In this document: in pieces, positions 25,117-32,000 of the stretch | How the letters are laid out: the number at the start of each line of letters is the position of its first letter | How positions within the stretch are numbered: the stretch's first letter is position 1 | NCBI GenBank assembly: GCA_038858525.1 | Contig: JAWCFL010000017.1 | Coordinates: 1-32,000 of the forward strand | Direction: 5' to 3' | Origin: Candidatus Jordarchaeales archaeon | GTDB lineage: Archaea; Asgardarchaeota; Jordiarchaeia; Jordiarchaeales; Freyrarchaeaceae | DNA: 32,000 nucleotides | Position numbers and translations under genes: made by a program | Notes under the pieces: generated by a model | Told to the model about the DNA's origin: nothing | Databases searched by the model: none | The model's input: only the letters and a program-made list of their open reading frames with translations

Positions 25117-25820
25117 TGAGGAAACTCTTTTCCGTGGTTATCCCAACATATAATGAAGAGAAGTATCTCCCTCATTGCCTGAAATCTCTCCTCTCTCAAA
25201 CAATTCCAAGAGAGAGCTACGAAATAATAATAGTTGACGGTTACAGTGAGGATAAAACGGTTAAGTTAGCTGAAGGAGTGGTTAACAAGATTATCGTGGC
25301 TGAGAGGAAGGGTCCGGGCAATGCCAGGAACATAGGTAGCAAAATGGCGAAGGGGAGAATTCTTCTCTTTCTCGACGCTGACACAATTATTACTCCCAAC
25401 TTTATGGAAAAAGTCTATGATAGTTTTGTCCCGGGAGTGGTGGGAGGAACATGTGACATATACCCGCTAGAAGCAGACCCGCGCGCTATTTCCCTCTACA
25501 AGCTGATAAATCGACTATACAGGCTCCTCTACATTGCAGGTTTCCCTCACGCTCAGACAAAATGCTGTTTTTACCTTCGCAGAGCATTCCTAGATGCTGG
25601 AGGTTTCAACGAGAACTTAAAAGTGGCAGAGGACCAGGAGCTTGCTTGGCGCATGTCTAAGAAGGGAAGAATGGTATACGTCAATGGAGTTGCGGCTTAC
25701 TCTTCTATGAGGCGGGAAAAGGCTAAAGGCTACGCTGCAACGGTCAAAGACTGGGTTAAAAATTACTTAATGGTGGCTCTTATGGGGCGCTCTCAAGACC
25801 TCTGGGAACCCATAAGGTGA
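25116..25820 (+). CDS. Glycosyltransferase family 2
   Basis: SVVIPTYNEE, VDGYSED.T, ARNIG, FLDAD (DxD), GGFNE.L..AEDQEL. The ATG overlaps the upstream stop (TGATG), so the track start at 25017 is too early. Confidence 0.92.
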   Translation: MRKLFSVVIPTYNEEKYLPHCLKSLLSQTIPRESYEIIIVDGYSEDKTVKLAEGVVNKIIVAERKGPGNARNIGSKMAKGRILLFLDADTIITPNFMEKVYDSFVPGVVGGTCDIYPLEADPRAISLYKLINRLYRLLYIAGFPHAQTKCCFYLRRAFLDAGGFNENLKVAEDQELAWRMSKKGRMVYVNGVAAYSSMRREKAKGYAATVKDWVKNYLMVALMGRSQDLWEPIR

Positions 25821-25847
25821 AAAAAGTAAAAAAATGGTGGCGTCCAG

Positions 25848-26441
25848 TTGAGCATTATTGACATGCACGTTCACACTGAATTCTCGCCCTGCTCTAGGGT
25901 AAAACTCATAGAATCACTCTCAAAGGCGGCGCAGCTAGGTGTTGGTCTTGCAATTACAGATCACGATACAATCAAAGGAGCCCTAAAAGCTAAGTCTTTT
26001 TCCCAAAAGTATGAAGTAAAAATCTTTATTGGATGCGAAGTCTCAACCAAGGACGGACAAGTCTTGGCGTATGGCATAATGGAGGAAATTCCGCCATACT
26101 TGCCGGCGGAGCAAACCATAGAACTCATACATGAACAGGGCGCCGTAGCGGTCGCATCGCACCCCTTCCGCAACGATAGAGAGAGCCTCTTTGAGAAAAC
26201 CTACTTTCTTCCCTTGGACGGAATTGAAGTGCTAAACCTGGCGGGTGGCGGGGTCAGCAAGGATGCAAGAGAAGTAGCAGTGAGAAGAGGGCTAGCTCAG
26301 ACTGGTGGAAGCGACGCCCATACACTAAATCTCGTCGGCGAAGCTGGAACAAAATTTCCTTATCAACCCGAATCCGAAGAAGACCTGATAAAACTAATAA
26401 AAAGAAAGGAGTGCACGCCCGTAAAATTTACTCGCCGCTAG
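25848..26441 (+). CDS. PHP-domain phosphoesterase
   Basis: DMHVHT, AITDHDT, G.EV, SHPFR, GGSDAH. Confidence 0.9.
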   Translation: MSIIDMHVHTEFSPCSRVKLIESLSKAAQLGVGLAITDHDTIKGALKAKSFSQKYEVKIFIGCEVSTKDGQVLAYGIMEEIPPYLPAEQTIELIHEQGAVAVASHPFRNDRESLFEKTYFLPLDGIEVLNLAGGGVSKDAREVAVRRGLAQTGGSDAHTLNLVGEAGTKFPYQPESEEDLIKLIKRKECTPVKFTRR

Positions 26442-26447
26442 AACACG

Positions 26448-28093
<1,646 letters not shown>

Positions 28094-28156
28094 CTCGCTT
28101 TGATGCCTGGAAGCAAACTTTTAATTGTTCGTCCCTCCACTTTTCTTATTTGAGGT

Positions 28157-28654
28157 GTGAAAATGAGTTTCCTGCTTAGCCTGAGAGGGATTATAAGCTT
28201 CATCGTTGGCATATCCTTCATTTTCGGAATAGTTTACTTCGTAGCACTTGGACACACCCTAGCCGACTTAAAAACAGTTCTCCTTGGCTTCCAGGTTAGC
28301 CCATGGGTCGGATGGAGCTTCCTATCCCCCTCCATGAGTGCTTCGGTTGCAGACTACCTGATAAGACCTCACACGCTTGCGACAGCCTCGCCTCCGGCTC
28401 AAACTTATGTTCCCATAGCAGCCCTCGCCCTCGGCGGCTTCGTGACAGGCCTCATAAGAAAACATCCGCTTAACTCTGTCTTCATAGGATTCACCTTCGC
28501 AATAATAATAATTATTGCCTATGGCATCTCGCTCCTTCTTAACCCGTTCAGCATCATACCTGGTATTCTCGGACTATCACTCAGCGATATAGTTCTCCTA
28601 TTCGTGATACCGTCCGCCACAGGCTTCGTCGGCAGCTTACTCACAGTAATATAG
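28157..28654 (+). CDS. Hypothetical integral membrane protein (about 4 TM helices)
   Basis: Several long hydrophobic stretches; GAGGTG SD near the start. Confidence 0.7.
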   Translation: MKMSFLLSLRGIISFIVGISFIFGIVYFVALGHTLADLKTVLLGFQVSPWVGWSFLSPSMSASVADYLIRPHTLATASPPAQTYVPIAALALGGFVTGLIRKHPLNSVFIGFTFAIIIIIAYGISLLLNPFSIIPGILGLSLSDIVLLFVIPSATGFVGSLLTVI

Positions 28655-29075
28655 CAAAGCAAACTCCTCAGCAGGCTACATTTACGTTATCGCTTTTTAT
28701 ATTCCTCTTCATCATTTGCCAAACCGTCAATGTTTGACCGACCACTCCCACTTACGTTGATATTTTTGCTAGCGGATCTCGCCAACAACTAAAGGACATG
28801 CCATAAAAGTTTCAGAACTCTTCCAGACGTCAACTCATTTACTCTCTTATGTTACGCCTCAAAAAGCTTGACGCGCTTTGTGCTTAAACATTCTGCAATG
28901 GAAGCCGCATTAAACGCTAAAAAAGGTAATTACTCGTAAATTGCTGTCAAACCCCAAATCAACCATATCTTCGCGTAGAACATTTTCCTTCCTGAATTGC
29001 AATCCTCTTTAACCATGACGTTTTTAAGCGAGAATGAATTTTTATTTGTTCAAATTTTGAAGGGAGGATGGAAGC

Positions 29076-29948
29076 GTGGTGACATTAAAGGATCTGCTTG
29101 TCCTTATAGTGGTTTACGTTTACGTGTTCGCCGTGATAGGGATTGGCGAAGGTCTAAGGAGGTGGAGAGGACTAAAGCCCGAATTTACAAGGAAAATGAT
29201 ACATTTCTTCGCCGGCGACGCGATCCTCTTCTGTCCTCTCTTTGACACGCCCCAGTTAATTCCTATAGTACCATTAACCTTGGGTATTCTGATCTTCTTC
29301 ACCACACCAAGAAGTCCAATTGGGAGTCTAAGGTCAATGTTCAATGTTATGGCTAGGGAAGAAGACTATGCCACAGGACACATTTATGGACCGTTCTACT
29401 ACATTGTCTCGGTAGGAGTGATAGTTGCCGCCTTCGCGTTGCCTTTAGGTGCAGCATACTGGCCGCTTTTTACTCTCGGCGCTTTTGCGCTCTTCTCAAT
29501 GTTTTATGGTGATGGCTTAGCGGCGATAGTCGGTGCTCGCTGGGGAAAACACAAATACACCATTAGGGGGAACACTAGAAGCCTAGAAGGCTCACTAACA
29601 GTGCTTGTAATGTCTATTGTTTCAGCAGTCATAACGTTCACATACTACTCTTACTTTGGCTTCTGGCCCAGCTTAGGACTAATATACCCCCGACTATTAA
29701 CAGCTGTGCTTTTTAATTTCCCGGTCACTTTACTACTTTTCGTTGCACTTTTATCCACACCCATATACACTGGACTAGTGGCAATCGTCGTCACAGGCTC
29801 TCTACTTGCTTCCATTATAGAAGCGCTTTCCCCCCGCGGATTAGACAACATCACACTTCCCATAGCATTGACTCTCATCTTTGTCGTGCTGGCGTACTTC
29901 GTAGCACCATGGTACTTCACCCTGCTCCAACTTCCTTCGCTTTTCTAA
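29076..29948 (+). CDS. Phytol/dolichol kinase-like CTP-dependent isoprenoid alcohol kinase (SEC59/VTE5 family)
   Basis: TRKMIH, YGDGLAAIVG.RWGKHKY...RSLEGS, GLDNITLP; multi-TM. Confidence 0.85.
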   Translation: MVTLKDLLVLIVVYVYVFAVIGIGEGLRRWRGLKPEFTRKMIHFFAGDAILFCPLFDTPQLIPIVPLTLGILIFFTTPRSPIGSLRSMFNVMAREEDYATGHIYGPFYYIVSVGVIVAAFALPLGAAYWPLFTLGAFALFSMFYGDGLAAIVGARWGKHKYTIRGNTRSLEGSLTVLVMSIVSAVITFTYYSYFGFWPSLGLIYPRLLTAVLFNFPVTLLLFVALLSTPIYTGLVAIVVTGSLLASIIEALSPRGLDNITLPIALTLIFVVLAYFVAPWYFTLLQLPSLF

Positions 29949-30919
29949 GAGAAGTAGAGTTCGTAGCTTCTTTCTTCTCTCTCCTCTTTTTTAGCTGGTG
30001 CTATTCCAAGTCTCTCTTTCAGTTCCCGATTCTCCTTCTTGAGGCTTTCAACTTGGCTTCTAAGCTCAAGCATGGTGTCTTCTATAGTCTTAACGGTGCG
30101 TTCAATGGCTTTACTCCTCCACTCATCTTTCTCTCTGGTTAACTCCTGCAACTGCTCTTCGTACCTTCTACGCATCGCTCTTAACGCCTCTAGAAGCCTT
30201 TCAGTTCTCTGTTTTAGAGCGTTGTTTTCCTCTAGGAGGCTTTGGTAAGCTGTAACATCCGCTCCACGCCTTAATTCGTCAACTTGTCTTCTTAACTCCT
30301 TATTTTCCTCCCTCAAAGCCTCCAGCTCTCTCATTAAGCTTGTATGTTCCCCTTCCAATGGTTCTAGGAAAAATGCACTTTTACCTCTCATGTCTTTAAG
30401 CTCCTCCCTGAGCCTTCTGTTTTCCTCCTCAAGTCTTCTAGCTTTCTCTTTAAGTTCCAGAACTTTACGTATAAGTGGCGGTTCCTCTTGAGACTGCTCA
30501 AAGAGTTCAAATCCTCCTACTTCCTGGCATTCTCTTGAAAAGAACTCTACAAGTTTTTCAACAGAACCCGCCATCCTCCTAAGTTCCTCTTGGCTCACGT
30601 GGAGCGCCCTAGCAGCGCTCAGCTCACTCGACGACAAAACGTTATAATATCTCGTTGCGTCTTCAAGTGCTTTATCTCTAAGCTCCATGAAGCTCCTTGA
30701 AGACAAGCCAGCTGCTTCTGCTTCACTACACGCTCTCTTAATCGCGTCTATCATTTTTTCTGTCTTAGCTACCGCTAACTTTCGTTGTTCAACAGCCCCA
30801 ACCTCACTGCTAAGAGCCCTGTCGACGTTTGCCTCCTTAATAAGCCAATCCAGTGTCTCCCTTATCTCGGATATACAATCTTCAATACACTGCTCACTAA
30901 GACCAACTTTTTCAGACAT
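29945..30919 (-). CDS. Long coiled-coil protein of unknown function
   Basis: Repeated heptads (LEEENRRLREEL, LREENKELRRQV, LLEENNALKQR, LKKENRELKERL). ATG 30919 follows a GAGGTGA SD. Confidence 0.75.
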   Translation of the reverse strand: MSEKVGLSEQCIEDCISEIRETLDWLIKEANVDRALSSEVGAVEQRKLAVAKTEKMIDAIKRACSEAEAAGLSSRSFMELRDKALEDATRYYNVLSSSELSAARALHVSQEELRRMAGSVEKLVEFFSRECQEVGGFELFEQSQEEPPLIRKVLELKEKARRLEEENRRLREELKDMRGKSAFFLEPLEGEHTSLMRELEALREENKELRRQVDELRRGADVTAYQSLLEENNALKQRTERLLEALRAMRRRYEEQLQELTREKDEWRSKAIERTVKTIEDTMLELRSQVESLKKENRELKERLGIAPAKKEEREERSYELYFS

Positions 30920-30924
30920 ACCTT

Positions 30925-31740
30925 TCACCTCTCAATCTTTTCCTTGCATCCACATGCATCCCTTCTAAAGACACCAAACTCGTCCAAAACAGTTCTAAGC
31001 ATGCTCCCATCAAAAACCGGTCCATCCCTACATACCAAATGCTGACCTAAACTACATGAGCCACATAACCCTACACCGCACTTCATATATCTCTCTAAAG
31101 CAACCTGCACCCCTACCCCCACCTCCTCAGCTGCACGGAAAACCTTTAACAGCATCCCCTCCGGGCCACAAGCGTAAACCTGGTCATAACTCTTCTCCCT
31201 GATCAGCTTCTCGGCGAAGTCTCCCGCCATCCCCTTAAAACCAGCACTTCCATCCTCTGTTAGAACAGCCACCTCGGACGCAAATTTGGTCAATCTCTCA
31301 ACGGAGACCAGTGCACCTCTTGTTCTAGCTCCAACTACGGCATGCACCTCAACTTCTTCCCTCCAAGCGTCCTCAACGAGAGGAAGAAGAGGCGCCACTC
31401 CAACACCGCCACCAACCACAAGGATCTTTCCCTCCCTCAACATGAAGCCTCTCCCTAACGGTCCCCTAATTCCTAACATGTCTCCTTCCTTCACTTTGAA
31501 AAGCGCCTCGGTAGCCTCTCCAACCCTCCTGAACGTTATTCCCGGCGGCGTCCTACTGGAAATGCTCATAGGGACTTCGTCCACTCCCGGAATCCATACC
31601 ATGAGAAACTGGCCGGGAATTGCCGTTGCAACATTTTCATCAGCGCTGAAGAAGACTGTTTTGACAGTGGGTGTTTCAGCGACAACCTTCTCAACTCGCT
31701 TCAACCTAGGCCTTTGAACCGCTCTATCTATGGGCAGCAC
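30925..31740 (-). CDS. pyrK: Dihydroorotate dehydrogenase electron transfer subunit
   Basis: PGQF.MVW.PG..EVPMS, RGPLGRGF, GGGVGVAP, ACGPE.M, ERYMKCGVGLCGSC, C.DGPVF. Probable start is GTG 31740 after GGAGGTG, rather than the track start at 31779. Confidence 0.93.
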   Translation of the reverse strand: MLPIDRAVQRPRLKRVEKVVAETPTVKTVFFSADENVATAIPGQFLMVWIPGVDEVPMSISSRTPPGITFRRVGEATEALFKVKEGDMLGIRGPLGRGFMLREGKILVVGGGVGVAPLLPLVEDAWREEVEVHAVVGARTRGALVSVERLTKFASEVAVLTEDGSAGFKGMAGDFAEKLIREKSYDQVYACGPEGMLLKVFRAAEEVGVGVQVALERYMKCGVGLCGSCSLGQHLVCRDGPVFDGSMLRTVLDEFGVFRRDACGCKEKIER

Positions 31741-31999
31741 CCACCACCTCCCTAATATCCCTAAAGCCCTTCCTCTCAAGATACGACCTTATTCCGTCAA
31801 CCACTTCCTTAAACACATTGAACCCCCTGGTGAGGGCGGTTGCGACCTGGACAGCTGACGCCCCAGCCAAAATGTGTTCCACAGCATCCTCCCAGCTGAA
31901 TATTCCTCCTACCCCTATAACCGGTATTTTTAACGTCTCGTAAAGTTCGTAGACGCATCTGACTGCTATCGGCTTTATTGCTACCCCTGATAACCCACC
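31724..31999 (-). CDS. pyrD: Dihydroorotate dehydrogenase catalytic subunit, 3' end only (gene continues beyond the window)
   Basis: My translation: GGLSGVAIKPIAVRCVYELYETLKIPVIGVGGIFSWEDAVEHILAGASAVQVATAL...GAAHR*. Not in the ORF track. Confidence 0.93.
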   Translation of the reverse strand, partial: GGLSGVAIKPIAVRCVYELYETLKIPVIGVGGIFSWEDAVEHILAGASAVQVATALTRGFNVFKEVVDGIRSYLERKGFRDIREVVGAAHR

Positions 32000-32000
32000 A

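Noticed and set aside
28655-29075. 420-nt intergenic region and the 82-aa ORF 28997-29245
   Set aside because: No recognisable RNA structure, repeat or SD-supported ORF. The short ORF overlaps the kinase gene out of frame.
29945-30919. Coiled-coil protein considered as SMC, ESCRT or a cytoskeletal protein
   Set aside because: No Walker motifs, hinge or family-specific signature. Heptad repeats alone do not support an assignment.

Overview
Gene-dense archaeal chromosomal window. Evidence: GGTGA/GAGG Shine-Dalgarno sites, frequent TTG/GTG starts, TATA boxes, BHB tRNA introns, and Glu/Lys-rich, thermophile-like proteins. The gene content (SepCysE, Roadblock-like and V4R-like folds, CDC48-N-like domains) suggests an Asgard-type or related lineage, which is inference only. 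Two loci stand out. (1) 13008-13169 is a tRNA-Cys(GCA) gene missed by the ORF track. It rebuilds into a textbook 75-nt tRNA only after removing four introns (15/16, 23/24, 37/38, 59/60), and it lies directly upstream of SepCysE and SepCysS, the tRNA-dependent cysteine synthesis genes. (2) 3857-12675 is a cluster of a metallo-amidohydrolase, a CDC48-N-like/VWA protein, a giant GCS2/YbdK-type carboxylate-amine ligase with about six Ig-like domains, and three unknown proteins. A second, fused and apparently catalytically dead amidohydrolase-CDC48N-VWA paralog lies at 17348-19891. Together these may form a ligation/deligation (protein-tagging-like) system. The rest is a 5'-truncated TnpB with a RuvC Asp->Asn change, plus housekeeping genes: htpX, DUF4139, TFS-like, corrinoid protein, SPFH, aminotransferase, AsnB-like, phosphodiesterase, GT2, PHP, RNase H-like, bacterial-type GAPDH, isoprenoid alcohol kinase, a coiled-coil protein, pyrK and partial pyrD. 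All assignments come from motif reading by eye; no database search was run.
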